Source: Acholeplasmataceae bacterium
GTDB lineage: Bacteria; Bacillota_I; Bacilli_A; ML615J-28; CAG-313
Reading direction: 5' to 3'
DNA length: 63,985 nucleotides
Assembly (NCBI GenBank): GCA_012838945.1
Contig: DUOG01000041.1
Location: 1 to 63,985, forward strand
In this document: positions 36,525-45,711 of the stretch, piece after piece
Layout: each line of letters starts with the position of its first letter
Numbering within the stretch: the first letter of the stretch is position 1
Notes under the pieces: model-generated
Database searches by the model: none
The model's input: the letters and a program-made list of their open reading frames with translations, nothing else
What the model was told of the DNA's origin: nothing
Position numbers and translations under genes: made by a program

Positions 36525-37469
36525 ATGGTGAAAAAAATGAAATACTTTACAAAAGAAAAATATTATCACACTTTAAATAATTATCTAACCAATAAATATC
36601 ATACTAAAGTTTTTAAAGTGTCGTTAAATGGAAACTTTACTTGCCCAAATCGAGATGGAACGATTAGCAGCCTTGGCTGTTTGTTTTGTTCTGAATCTGG
36701 AAGTGGCGATTTTGCTGGGGAGAAGACGGAAACATTAACAGAACAATTTCAAAATGTCCTAACAAGAATGAAAGAAAAATGGCCCGAAGGTAAATATATT
36801 GCCTACCTCCAAGCCAATACTAATACCTATGCTCCTCTAGACGAATTAAAAGAAAAGTATGAAGAAATTATCAAGATTGACCCAAATATAATTATCTTTA
36901 GTATTGCGACTAGACCCGATTGCTTAAGCGATGAAGTTATTGAATACTTGGCTGAACTTAATAAGCGAGTGGAAATATGGGTTGAACTTGGTTTTCAAAC
37001 TTGCCACGAGCGATCAGCCAAATTCATTAATCGTGGTTATTCAAACGAAGTATTTGTTGAATCAGTTAACAAACTAAGAGCTCATAATCTGACAACCATT
37101 GTTCACATTATTAATGGGCTTCCTAATGAAACCAAAGAAATGATGATTGAAACAGCTAAATTCCTCAACAACCTAGATATTCAAGGAATCAAGATTCATA
37201 TGTTGCATGTTATGAAAAACACTCCTTTAGGAGAGTTGTATATGAAAAAACCATTCAATCTATTAACTCGTGATGAATATGTTGATGTGGTTGTCAATCA
37301 GTTAGAACATCTCCGAAAAGAAATAGTTATTCATCGGGTAACTGGTGATGCACCAAAGGATCTACTAATTGAACCAACTTGGACTTTAAAGAAGTTTGTG
37401 GTACTAAATGAAATTGATAAGCTAATGCGGAAAGAGCATCGTTTTCAAGGTGATAAAGTATGTATCTAA
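36525..37469 (+). CDS. TIGR01212-family radical SAM protein (YtqA-like)
   Basis: 314 aa; CPNRDGTISSLGCLFC cluster motif. Confidence 0.88.
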   Translation: MVKKMKYFTKEKYYHTLNNYLTNKYHTKVFKVSLNGNFTCPNRDGTISSLGCLFCSESGSGDFAGEKTETLTEQFQNVLTRMKEKWPEGKYIAYLQANTNTYAPLDELKEKYEEIIKIDPNIIIFSIATRPDCLSDEVIEYLAELNKRVEIWVELGFQTCHERSAKFINRGYSNEVFVESVNKLRAHNLTTIVHIINGLPNETKEMMIETAKFLNNLDIQGIKIHMLHVMKNTPLGELYMKKPFNLLTRDEYVDVVVNQLEHLRKEIVIHRVTGDAPKDLLIEPTWTLKKFVVLNEIDKLMRKEHRFQGDKVCI

Positions 37470-38014
37470 TTTTAGATTTTGTTCATAAATTGCTTTCAGA
37501 GACTGTACAACCTAGTGATGTTTGTGTTGATGCTACTTGTGGAAATGGTAATGATACCATTCATCTAGCAGGTCTCGTGGGTCCTGGTGGTAAAGTCTAT
37601 GCCTTTGACATCCAAGAAGAAGCAATCAATCATACTAAAGCATTATGCAAAGAGTTTAAAAACATTATATATATATTAGATAGTCATGAATATATCAATA
37701 ATTATATATCAGAACAAATAAAAGCTGTTGTCTTTAATTTAGGTTATTTACCAAAGGGGAATAAAGAAATAACTACTACTAGTTCTACTACTTTAAAGAC
37801 TATCGAATCATTACTCCCTCGCGTTATTAGTGAGTCACTAATGATTATCATTGTGGTCTATCCCGGCCATCCTGAAGGAAAAAAAGAAAGTGAAACATTA
37901 CAATCATTTTTAAGGGATCTTGACAAACATCAATACTTAATCACTAAATATGAAAACTTTAATCGGGATTTATCTCCCTATGTTTTAACCATATCTCAAA
38001 CTAAAAGAAGGTAA
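37460..38014 (+). CDS. Class I SAM-dependent methyltransferase (YtqB-like putative rRNA/tRNA methylase)
   Basis: 184 aa; VDATCGNGNDT SAM motif. Overlaps the ytqA-like stop by 10 nt, as in the Bacillus ytqA-ytqB pair. Confidence 0.8.
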   Translation: MYLILDFVHKLLSETVQPSDVCVDATCGNGNDTIHLAGLVGPGGKVYAFDIQEEAINHTKALCKEFKNIIYILDSHEYINNYISEQIKAVVFNLGYLPKGNKEITTTSSTTLKTIESLLPRVISESLMIIIVVYPGHPEGKKESETLQSFLRDLDKHQYLITKYENFNRDLSPYVLTISQTKRR

Positions 38015-38032
38015 CGAGTACCTTCTTTTTTG
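38006..38032 (+). terminator. Rho-independent terminator
   Basis: AGAAGGTA-ACGAG-TACCTTCT followed by TTTTTT. The stem includes the stop codon. Confidence 0.8.
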
Positions 38033-38128
38033 GATATAAATGAAAAGAGATTCCTTAATTGTTAATAATATAAGACTAGAAAGGAAAGAAGGAATCTCTA
38101 TCTATAGTAATATCAATCCTGCTAACTT

Positions 38129-39250
38129 TTACTTCTCATTCCATAAAAGTATTTGTTCTAAATTGTCGACATCCTCAAAGAGACTTCGATCAAGTGTCAG
38201 GCCAAAAGTTTTATATTGCATATCGCAAGTACCTATACTTGCATAGTACATTTTAACAAAGATATATAGTGTATTATCTTTTAGGTATATGTATTCTAAG
38301 GTCTGACGATTCGAACCACTTCCAGTAACAATGGTATCAGTAATAACCAAGATGTGTTTTTCAAAATATTCTTCATTATAAATGGTAGTAATCCTATCTA
38401 AGATTTGTTCTTTATTATAAACGTACTTCCATCCATCGTTATCTTGGATCTCCTTTATGGCATTTTCAATATCTTCTACCTTTGTATATATGCCTTTAGG
38501 AAGATATCCAACATAATTCATAACAAAAGGAATTGGTTCTTGATTTTCAAATCCATAATATTTTGGATTGTGCATATATATCTTACTACTGAAATATTCT
38601 ACTTTTCGCTCAATGCTAATAATTGATGAATACTTTTGTTTTAATTTATAAATGAATTCACTTACTTCTATGGTTTCTTGTTCTGGCTTTAAGACGATAG
38701 AAATATAAGGTGAAGTATTAAAATAAAAGATATTACTGTAGTCAAATTTATTCAAACCTGATGCTTCAATGAAATCCTTATGACGTTCCATCATTGACTC
38801 ATTATCATCATAATTAAATAAGATTCTATACCAGATAGCTGCTACTTCTCTATCATAATAGATAATCTTTTGAGTTTCTTCAAATTCTCCACTAGTTTTA
38901 AGTTCTATTTTTGAATCTTGATCGGGCATAATAAATGACAACTCCCAATAACTTGGGCTCCCTTCTTCTTCAATAACAGTTTGGGAACAGACAAATTCAT
39001 CATTAACATACAAATGCACGTCAGCATTATCAATGATTGACATTTTAATGATTACCTTGTCACCTACATTATATTTTTCATTTAATTCTTCAAGGATTAA
39101 CTCTTTAGCTCCTTCAACCTCCAATTGATATTCAATTAGATTTTTTTCTTTTCTGGTATATTTTCTATTATATTCACTTGGTGTCTGATCACAACCAACA
39201 AGAATAATAACAAATATAAATAAGATAAATGTCAAAACCCTTTTCATCAT
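38129..39250 (-). CDS. Hypothetical lipoprotein
   Basis: 373 aa; signal peptide with lipobox ILVGC|DQ. No other motif recognised. Confidence 0.7.
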   Translation of the reverse strand: MMKRVLTFILFIFVIILVGCDQTPSEYNRKYTRKEKNLIEYQLEVEGAKELILEELNEKYNVGDKVIIKMSIIDNADVHLYVNDEFVCSQTVIEEEGSPSYWELSFIMPDQDSKIELKTSGEFEETQKIIYYDREVAAIWYRILFNYDDNESMMERHKDFIEASGLNKFDYSNIFYFNTSPYISIVLKPEQETIEVSEFIYKLKQKYSSIISIERKVEYFSSKIYMHNPKYYGFENQEPIPFVMNYVGYLPKGIYTKVEDIENAIKEIQDNDGWKYVYNKEQILDRITTIYNEEYFEKHILVITDTIVTGSGSNRQTLEYIYLKDNTLYIFVKMYYASIGTCDMQYKTFGLTLDRSLFEDVDNLEQILLWNEK

Positions 39251-39305
39251 TTAGCCTCCTCTTATCTAAAATAATCCCTATATATTAATATATGAGCAAT
39301 ACTAC

Positions 39306-39367
39306 AAAAAACTCCCTTCTAAGAGAGTTTTTTATCATAGTGTGTCTAGGGGTCTTTTCCCTCTTAG
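39306..39367 (-). promoter_or_regulatory. Leader attenuator: intrinsic terminator plus competing antiterminator upstream of the lipoprotein gene
   Basis: Terminator AAAAAACUCUCU-UAGA-AGGGAGUUUUUU (39333-39306). The upstream CUAAGAGGG (39367-39359) is complementary to the terminator 5' arm CUCUCUUAG (39327-39319). Confidence 0.45.
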
Positions 39368-39387
39368 AAATTATTTCCTTCAATAAT

Positions 39388-39416
39388 ATTATACAATATA
39401 AAATTACGGAATGCAA
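39388..39416 (-). promoter_or_regulatory. Near-consensus sigma-A promoter of the lipoprotein leader
   Basis: Reverse strand TTGCAT (39416-39411), 17 nt, TATAAT (39393-39388). Confidence 0.55.
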
Positions 39417-39426
39417 GTGGATATAT

Positions 39427-39453
39427 AAAAATGGTAGCCAAGAGGGCTACCAT
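39427..39453 (-). terminator. Rho-independent terminator of the V-ATPase operon
   Basis: 9-bp stem ATGGTAGCC/GGCTACCAT, 5-nt loop, UUUU on the reverse strand. Lies 5 nt after the subunit D stop. Confidence 0.8.
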
Positions 39454-39457
39454 TATA

Positions 39458-40096
39458 TTAAGAATTATTTTGTTTTGACAAAATAATCTCTTTACTTTTC
39501 ATTAGTCTAATAATATTGCTACGTTCAGCATCTTCTAGTTTTTGCGTAATATAGCGAATTGTTTCTTGCATATCAGGAATCATGATATATTCGATCGCAT
39601 TGACTCGGCGACGTGTCTTCTCAATTTCAAAAGCTAACATGTCGCAAGACTTTTCAATTTGAGCCAGTTCAATTAGCTTGGGAAGTAATTTTGATAAGGC
39701 AAGTACAGCTTGGTCTAATTCACTCGGTGTATAAGCAAAACCATAGGTTAAGTCAACCTTTTCTTGGTCTTTATAATCAACCGTTGGAACCTTGATGTTC
39801 ATTATCGTTTTAGAACCAACACCGATATGAGCCGCATTGGCTGGAACCATTAACGCTTCCATAATTCCTTGATGACTCATCTGTAACTGAGCATTACCAA
39901 AATGAGAAAAGATCTTTTTAAGTTTAGTTTCTACTTCCATTCTAAGAGCACGATTGCGTTTAATGATGAGCATAAACTGACGAACTAATTCATCTTGTTT
40001 ATCTTTAAGTAGTTTATGTCCTCTCGTTGCAATACTGAGTTGCTGTTTAAGTTTCGACAACTCCATTCGAGTTGGATTAACATTCATTATTGCCAT
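39458..40096 (-). CDS. ntpD: V-type ATPase subunit D
   Basis: 212 aa; MNVNPTRMELSKLKQQL...GHKLLKDKQDEL. Confidence 0.93.
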   Translation of the reverse strand: MAIMNVNPTRMELSKLKQQLSIATRGHKLLKDKQDELVRQFMLIIKRNRALRMEVETKLKKIFSHFGNAQLQMSHQGIMEALMVPANAAHIGVGSKTIMNIKVPTVDYKDQEKVDLTYGFAYTPSELDQAVLALSKLLPKLIELAQIEKSCDMLAFEIEKTRRRVNAIEYIMIPDMQETIRYITQKLEDAERSNIIRLMKSKEIILSKQNNS

Positions 40097-40098
40097 TG

Positions 40099-41475
40099 TT
40101 ATTCCTCTATAGGAAGATATTTTTCAATTTTGTCGAGACTAATACGTTTCAATTCACTCTTTGGTAAGATTGTTAGTAGTTGCCATCCAATGTCAAGGGT
40201 TTCTTCAATTGTTCTTCTAGTGTGGTAACCTTGAGTGACATATCTATTTTCAAATTCAACAGCAAACTCGCTATATTTTTTATCAACATCTGATAAAGCC
40301 GCATCACCTAAAATAGTTGCAAGCTCTTTAGCTTCAACTCCACGAGCGTACGCAGCAAACAATTGGTTCATTGTATCAGCGTGGTCTTCACGAGTTTTAC
40401 CCTTACCAATCCCCTTGTCTTTCAAACGACTTAGAGATGGTAAAACGTTAATTGGTGGAGTAACACCTTTCATGAAGAGTTCACGTGATAAGATGATTTG
40501 ACCTTCGGTAATGTATCCTGTTAAGTCAGGGATTGGGTGAGTTTTATCATCTTCTGGCATGGTCAAAATAGGAATTTGAGTAATTGAACCTTTTTTACCA
40601 CGAACTCGTCCCGCACGTTCATAAAGAGAAGCAAGGTCGGTATACATGTAACCTGGATAACCACGGCGTCCTGGAACTTCTTTACGAGCAGCTGATACTT
40701 CACGTAGTGCTTCAGCATAATTGGTAATGTCAGTCATAATAACTAAGACGTGCATACCTAGTTCATATGCTAGATATTCAGCACAAGTAATCGCCATTCT
40801 TGGCGTGGCAATTCGTTCAATAGCAGGGTCATTAGCCAGGTTCATGAAAAGAACAGAACGTTCAATTGAACCTGACTTTTGGAAGTCTTTAATGAAAAAA
40901 TCTGCTTCTTCAAAGGTAATACCCATTGCTGCAAAGACAACCGCAAACTTGTCATCAGTTCCACGAACCTGTGCTTGACGAGCAATTTGTGCCGCAAGTC
41001 TAGCATGTGGTAAACCTGATCCAGAAAAGATTGGTAGTTTTTGACCACGAACTAAGGTATTCAGACCATCAATGGCACTAATTCCAGTTTCAATAAATTC
41101 ACTTGGATAGTCACGAGCAACCGGATTAATTGGTTCACCGTTAATATCAAGGGTTACATCTGGAATAATTTCGCCACCACCATCGATTGGACGACCCATT
41201 CCATCAAATACTCGTCCAAGAATATCAGGTGAAAGTTTTAATTGAATTCCGTGACCTAAGAATCTTACCTTAGCATCACTAATTCTTAAACCTTGGGAAC
41301 TATCAAATAATTGAACCAAGGCTTTATCTTCATTTATTTCAAGAACTTTACCAATTCGTTCTTCACCATTGGCTTGTTTGATTCTTACTAATTCATCATA
41401 TTTAACATTTTCAACATGATCAACTAGCATCAAGGGACCAACTACTTCACGAATTGTCTTATATTCTTTAGACAT
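40099..41475 (-). CDS. ntpB: V-type ATPase subunit B
   Basis: Start at ATG 41475 (AAAGGGGA plus 8 nt). Overlaps the subunit A stop by 8 nt. Non-catalytic nucleotide-binding fold ([10 protein letters not shown]). Confidence 0.95.
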   Translation of the reverse strand: MSKEYKTIREVVGPLMLVDHVENVKYDELVRIKQANGEERIGKVLEINEDKALVQLFDSSQGLRISDAKVRFLGHGIQLKLSPDILGRVFDGMGRPIDGGGEIIPDVTLDINGEPINPVARDYPSEFIETGISAIDGLNTLVRGQKLPIFSGSGLPHARLAAQIARQAQVRGTDDKFAVVFAAMGITFEEADFFIKDFQKSGSIERSVLFMNLANDPAIERIATPRMAITCAEYLAYELGMHVLVIMTDITNYAEALREVSAARKEVPGRRGYPGYMYTDLASLYERAGRVRGKKGSITQIPILTMPEDDKTHPIPDLTGYITEGQIILSRELFMKGVTPPINVLPSLSRLKDKGIGKGKTREDHADTMNQLFAAYARGVEAKELATILGDAALSDVDKKYSEFAVEFENRYVTQGYHTRRTIEETLDIGWQLLTILPKSELKRISLDKIEKYLPIEE

Positions 41476-43258
41476 ATAGTTCATCCCCTTTCATCAGTTC
41501 TTCAAATTCATTATTTAATTCGTCAAATATCTTTTCGGCTTCTTGATTGAAATCATCTTCTTTGATATATTTCATACGACCGATTTTTTCTAAAACATTC
41601 ATGCTAGTAATTTTATTGAAACTAACATTTTCTTTTAATGCTTTTTGACCAAGGTGATACCAAGTTAAGATCATCTTTAAGATTCCATATTGCTTATTTA
41701 ATGAAGAATAAGTATCAACATCATCAAAAGCATTTTGATGTAAGAAGTCTTCTCTAATACTGCGAGCACACTCTAAAGTTAAGCGGTCATGGAATTCAAG
41801 TGAGTCAACCCCAACAAGGCGAACGATTTCTTCTAGTTTAGCTTCTTCTTGAAGAATACTAGCAGTTTCTTGAACTTGTTTTGACCAATCTTTCTTAACA
41901 TTATTATCATAGTATTCTTTTAAGACATCTTCATAAAGTGAATAACTCTTGAGCCAATCAATGGCTGGGAAGTGTCGGCTATAGGCTAGGCTAGCACTTA
42001 AGCCCCAGAATACTTTAACAATTCGAAGGGTAGCTTGTGCTACTGGTTCAGAGATGTCTCCTCCCGGAGGAGAAACAGCACCGATTGCACTAATAGCACC
42101 AGTACGGTCAGTGCTACCTAAGCATTTAACTAAACCAGCTCGTTCATAGAATTCAGCAAGTCTAGATGATAGGTAAGCTGGATAGCCTTCTTCACCCGGC
42201 ATTTCTTCTAGTCGTCCAGACATTTCACGAAGTGCTTCAGCCCAACGAGAAGTAGAGTCAGCCATTAGAGCTACTTTATAACCCATATCACGATAATACT
42301 CTGCAATCGTAATACCAGTATAGATCGATGCTTCACGCGCCGCAACTGGCATGTTGGAAGTATTCGCAATCAACACAGTTCTTTTCATTAAGTTTTGACC
42401 AGTTTTCGGGTCATAGAGATTTGGGAACTCCATTAAAACGTCAGTCATTTCGTTTCCACGTTCACCACAACCAATATAAACAATAATATCAGCATCAGCC
42501 CATTTTGCAAGTTGGTGTTGAACTACTGTCTTTCCTGATCCAAACGGACCTGGAATCGAAGCAATACCACCAATTGCGATTGGGAATAGAGTGTCAATTA
42601 CTCTTTGTCCAGTTACCATTGGTTCATATGGCGCAATCTTTTGATTGTAAGGGCGTGGACGACGAACTGGCCATTTTTGTAACATTTGAACATCATGTTC
42701 ATTGCCATTGTCATCTTTAATTTTACATATTACATCAGTAATGGTTGCTTCACCATCATAGATGTAAGTTACGGTTCCTTTTAAAGTAGGATTTAACATT
42801 ACCTTGTGTAGAACTGCTGGGGTTTCTTGAACATGTCCAATAACATCCCCACCAACTATATAATCTCCTACTTTAACCACGCTTTTATAATTCCATTTTC
42901 TGTTTCGGTCTAATTTAGGAACGTCTACTCCAAGGGGAATTCGATCACCTGTTTGATCATAAATAACATCAAGCGGGCGTTGAATTCCATCAAAGATTCC
43001 TTCGATTAATCCTGGTGCTAGTTCGACCGATAATGGTTCATTTGTATAATATACTGGCTCACCTGGCCCAAGACCAGCAGTTTCTTCATAAACTTGGATT
43101 GAAGCCAGATCGCCCCTTAGTTCAATAACTTCACCAATAAGGCGCTTATCACTAACACGGACGACATCATACATTTGAACGTCTTTCATATTTTTTGCAA
43201 CAATTAAAGGTCCTGCAACCTTTGATATGATGCCTACATTCTTTTCTGTATTATTCAT
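41468..43258 (-). CDS. ntpA: V-type ATPase catalytic subunit A
   Basis: Start at ATG 43258. Walker [10 protein letters not shown] and the non-homologous insert typical of A subunits. Confidence 0.96.
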   Translation of the reverse strand: MNNTEKNVGIISKVAGPLIVAKNMKDVQMYDVVRVSDKRLIGEVIELRGDLASIQVYEETAGLGPGEPVYYTNEPLSVELAPGLIEGIFDGIQRPLDVIYDQTGDRIPLGVDVPKLDRNRKWNYKSVVKVGDYIVGGDVIGHVQETPAVLHKVMLNPTLKGTVTYIYDGEATITDVICKIKDDNGNEHDVQMLQKWPVRRPRPYNQKIAPYEPMVTGQRVIDTLFPIAIGGIASIPGPFGSGKTVVQHQLAKWADADIIVYIGCGERGNEMTDVLMEFPNLYDPKTGQNLMKRTVLIANTSNMPVAAREASIYTGITIAEYYRDMGYKVALMADSTSRWAEALREMSGRLEEMPGEEGYPAYLSSRLAEFYERAGLVKCLGSTDRTGAISAIGAVSPPGGDISEPVAQATLRIVKVFWGLSASLAYSRHFPAIDWLKSYSLYEDVLKEYYDNNVKKDWSKQVQETASILQEEAKLEEIVRLVGVDSLEFHDRLTLECARSIREDFLHQNAFDDVDTYSSLNKQYGILKMILTWYHLGQKALKENVSFNKITSMNVLEKIGRMKYIKEDDFNQEAEKIFDELNNEFEELMKGDELYV

Positions 43259-43272
43259 CGCTACCATCCTTT

Positions 43273-43599
43273 CTAAAAAATATCAATACCGATGGCTTTT
43301 TCAACATTACTTTTAATCTTCTTCATTCCTATTCCCATGTTTTCCTCACTAGTTGGAATCGGTATGATAATTGGAAAAGGTGACGACTTATACTTTTCTA
43401 AAGTTTCATCTAAGTCTTGATATAAGTTTTCTGATAAATAGATAATCTTACACTTTTGGTTAACCAAGTTAAAGATAATTCTATCGGCTTCTTCTGCACT
43501 TTTGGCTTTAAAAGTCCTGATGCCAATCGCATTAAAGATTGTAATATCATCTTGGTCACCAATGGCAGCCATATCAATTATATCAACTTTTGGTTCCAT
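43273..43599 (-). CDS. ntpG: V-type ATPase subunit F
   Basis: 108 aa; small alpha/beta protein in the conserved position between C and A. Confidence 0.85.
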   Translation of the reverse strand: MEPKVDIIDMAAIGDQDDITIFNAIGIRTFKAKSAEEADRIIFNLVNQKCKIIYLSENLYQDLDETLEKYKSSPFPIIIPIPTSEENMGIGMKKIKSNVEKAIGIDIF

Positions 43600-43615
43600 A
43601 AGACATCACACCTTT

Positions 43616-44563
43616 CTAATATTCTAGTAGCATCGAAGCATTAAGATAAGGATTTGCATATATGTAACGTATATTCTTGGCTTCAGCTTGCTTTTTAAGG
43701 TAGTAATAAATCATCGGTCCAATACTAAAGGAATCAAAACGAAACTCTTTCATAATATTGAGCATTAATTGATCTAAGTAGCGCTCAAGGCTATTTAAAT
43801 CATGTGTATCAAAATATTTCTTTAATCCTTTCGTTATTTCTCCTTCATAATCATTATTAAATGCTTTTAGAATGTTATCAACGGATTTATCGTAAATCTC
43901 CACAAACAAGGCTTGGGGAAGTTTTCCACCATCGATAAACATTTCTAAAAACTCATCAACCGTCCATTTTAAATTAAGAGAACGAATAAAGGTTTTCACA
44001 TTAGCGAAATCAACAAAGGTTTGATAGTAAGTTTTTAAGGCCGCATTTGGATGTTTCTTTAAGCGCAAAAAGAGATACTTAAAAACACAATTATCAATAA
44101 TGGCACTAATAACTCGCGGGTTTCGTTTACCTTCGATTTGTCCATTAATCTCTTTAAACAAGGTTACTTGTGACTTGTCTAAATCAGAGAAGTCATTTTC
44201 AAGGATCGCTTTTTTCAAACTATCCAGTGGTATTACTCCTGAATCAACTAAGATATCTTCTCGATATAATTCGAAGATCTTCATTTTATATAAAGATTTG
44301 ATATTTAAGTTATCACTTGCGACGAAAAACAAATCAGAATATTTTGTTTCCGGCGCAATATCTTCAATCAACTCTTTAGTTTTCTTAAGTTCTTGATTGA
44401 TTAACCCTTCTAAATTATTTGTATGTTTTTCCCCATAGCCTAAGTCAGCTAAAGACTTAATTACTTCTTGAGGTTGTTTTTGTAAGAGTTTTGATAACTT
44501 ATTTTTATCTAAAATCTTTTCTTCAATAGCAGCAATCGTGCCGTTTGCGTAAGGATAATTCAT
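43616..44563 (-). CDS. ntpC: V-type ATPase subunit C
   Basis: Start at ATG 44563, one nt after the subunit E stop. About 315-aa helical protein in the conserved position. Confidence 0.85.
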   Translation of the reverse strand: MNYPYANGTIAAIEEKILDKNKLSKLLQKQPQEVIKSLADLGYGEKHTNNLEGLINQELKKTKELIEDIAPETKYSDLFFVASDNLNIKSLYKMKIFELYREDILVDSGVIPLDSLKKAILENDFSDLDKSQVTLFKEINGQIEGKRNPRVISAIIDNCVFKYLFLRLKKHPNAALKTYYQTFVDFANVKTFIRSLNLKWTVDEFLEMFIDGGKLPQALFVEIYDKSVDNILKAFNNDYEGEITKGLKKYFDTHDLNSLERYLDQLMLNIMKEFRFDSFSIGPMIYYYLKKQAEAKNIRYIYANPYLNASMLLEY

Positions 44564-44564
44564 C

Positions 44565-45188
44565 TTACTCACCATCAAATAAGATCTTAGCTACTTCAGT
44601 TTCATAGTAGTCGGCAGCATTGCTGATAATACTTTGATATGAATGATCGATATCAAAGTTCTCACCAATAACAATAAAACCACCATCAATATCCAAAGCA
44701 TCAGGCGATAATCTTAATTGATAAGTATCGGAAATACGATCTATAATGTAATAATTATCAACCTTTTTTCCACTAGAAAAGATTCGTAAGAAGCGATCAA
44801 AATCACTTTTTGCAACCTTAATTACTTCATTGCCTGTAAGACCATCATTTTTAATGAGATTGATTACTAATTTCTTAAATGATTCATTATTTAACTTCTT
44901 CAACTCCTCTAGCGCTGCTTGAAAAGTTTCCTTGATGATTTCTTTTTTTCTTAGTAAAGAACGGCCCCGAGCTTGTTGTTCAATTTGGGTTGATCTTGTT
45001 ATAATTCTTTCTTCGCTCGCCCTTTCTGCTTTACTAATCATCTGAGCAATTTCTTCTTGTACTTCTTGTAACGTTGTTTCTTCTAACTCTCTTGCTCTTT
45101 CTTGTCCAATACGATTGATTTCTAATGCATCTTGAGCACCTTTGTTCTCAATCTTTTCGTATATTGAACTTTTACTCAATTTGATCAC
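44565..45188 (-). CDS. ntpE: V-type ATPase subunit E
   Basis: 207 aa; long charged N-terminal helix plus globular C-terminal domain. Confidence 0.85.
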   Translation of the reverse strand: MIKLSKSSIYEKIENKGAQDALEINRIGQERARELEETTLQEVQEEIAQMISKAERASEERIITRSTQIEQQARGRSLLRKKEIIKETFQAALEELKKLNNESFKKLVINLIKNDGLTGNEVIKVAKSDFDRFLRIFSSGKKVDNYYIIDRISDTYQLRLSPDALDIDGGFIVIGENFDIDHSYQSIISNAADYYETEVAKILFDGE

Positions 45189-45207
45189 TCATTTCTATTA
45201 ATTCGGA

Positions 45208-45675
45208 TTATATACCAAATATTAATAAGATACTAATTAATAAGGCTAAAATTGCGTATGTTTCAACCATTGCGGTTAGGGTCATACCTCTTGCAGAAGC
45301 CTCAGGTTGTTTTGCAGTCATGTGGATTGAACTTACTGCTACTTGACCTTGTAAAATTGCTGATAAAAAGCCGTTAATTGCAATTGGCATACAAGCGATA
45401 AAATATGCCCAACCAGTTTCAGTTGTAAGCGCAGCAACATCGCCACCTAATAATCCTATTTTAAAGACAACAATAAATGCTGCCAAGAAACCATAGATAC
45501 CTTGAGTACCAGGTAAAATTTGTAATAGTAATACTTTACCGAATAATTCTGGTTTTTCACTTAAAACACCAGCAGCTGCACGTCCAGCTGACTTAACAGC
45601 GATAGCTGAACCTAATCCAGCGATAATAGTAGCAAGTGCTGCTCCAACAATTGCAATAATTAATCCTAAACTCAT
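45208..45675 (-). CDS. ntpK: V-type ATPase proteolipid subunit K (duplicated 4-TM c-subunit) with Na+-site residues
   Basis: 155 aa. LQILPGTQGIYGF, ILQGQVAV and MVETYAIL align with E. hirae NtpK LQLLPGTQGLYGF, IAQGKVAA and MVETYAIL. Confidence 0.93.
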   Translation of the reverse strand: MSLGLIIAIVGAALATIIAGLGSAIAVKSAGRAAAGVLSEKPELFGKVLLLQILPGTQGIYGFLAAFIVVFKIGLLGGDVAALTTETGWAYFIACMPIAINGFLSAILQGQVAVSSIHMTAKQPEASARGMTLTAMVETYAILALLISILLIFGI

Positions 45676-45711
45676 TTTAAATAAACCTCCTAGTTATTTT
45701 AATATTTTTTA

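Noticed and set aside
39330-39370. Superficial resemblance of AGAGGGAAAAGACCCCUAGACACACUAUGAUAAAAAACU to the preQ1-I riboswitch (AGAGGUUCUAGCUACACCCUCUAUAAAAAACUAA).
   Set aside because: The P1 stem and loop arrangement cannot be reproduced, because the CUAG falls outside the hairpin. The downstream gene is a lipoprotein, not a queuosine gene. It is kept only as an unclassified attenuator.
39292-39486. The 64-aa plus-strand ORF between the lipoprotein gene and the V-ATPase operon.
   Set aside because: It spans two terminator hairpins and a reverse-strand promoter, has no RBS, and reads as the translation of structured non-coding sequence.
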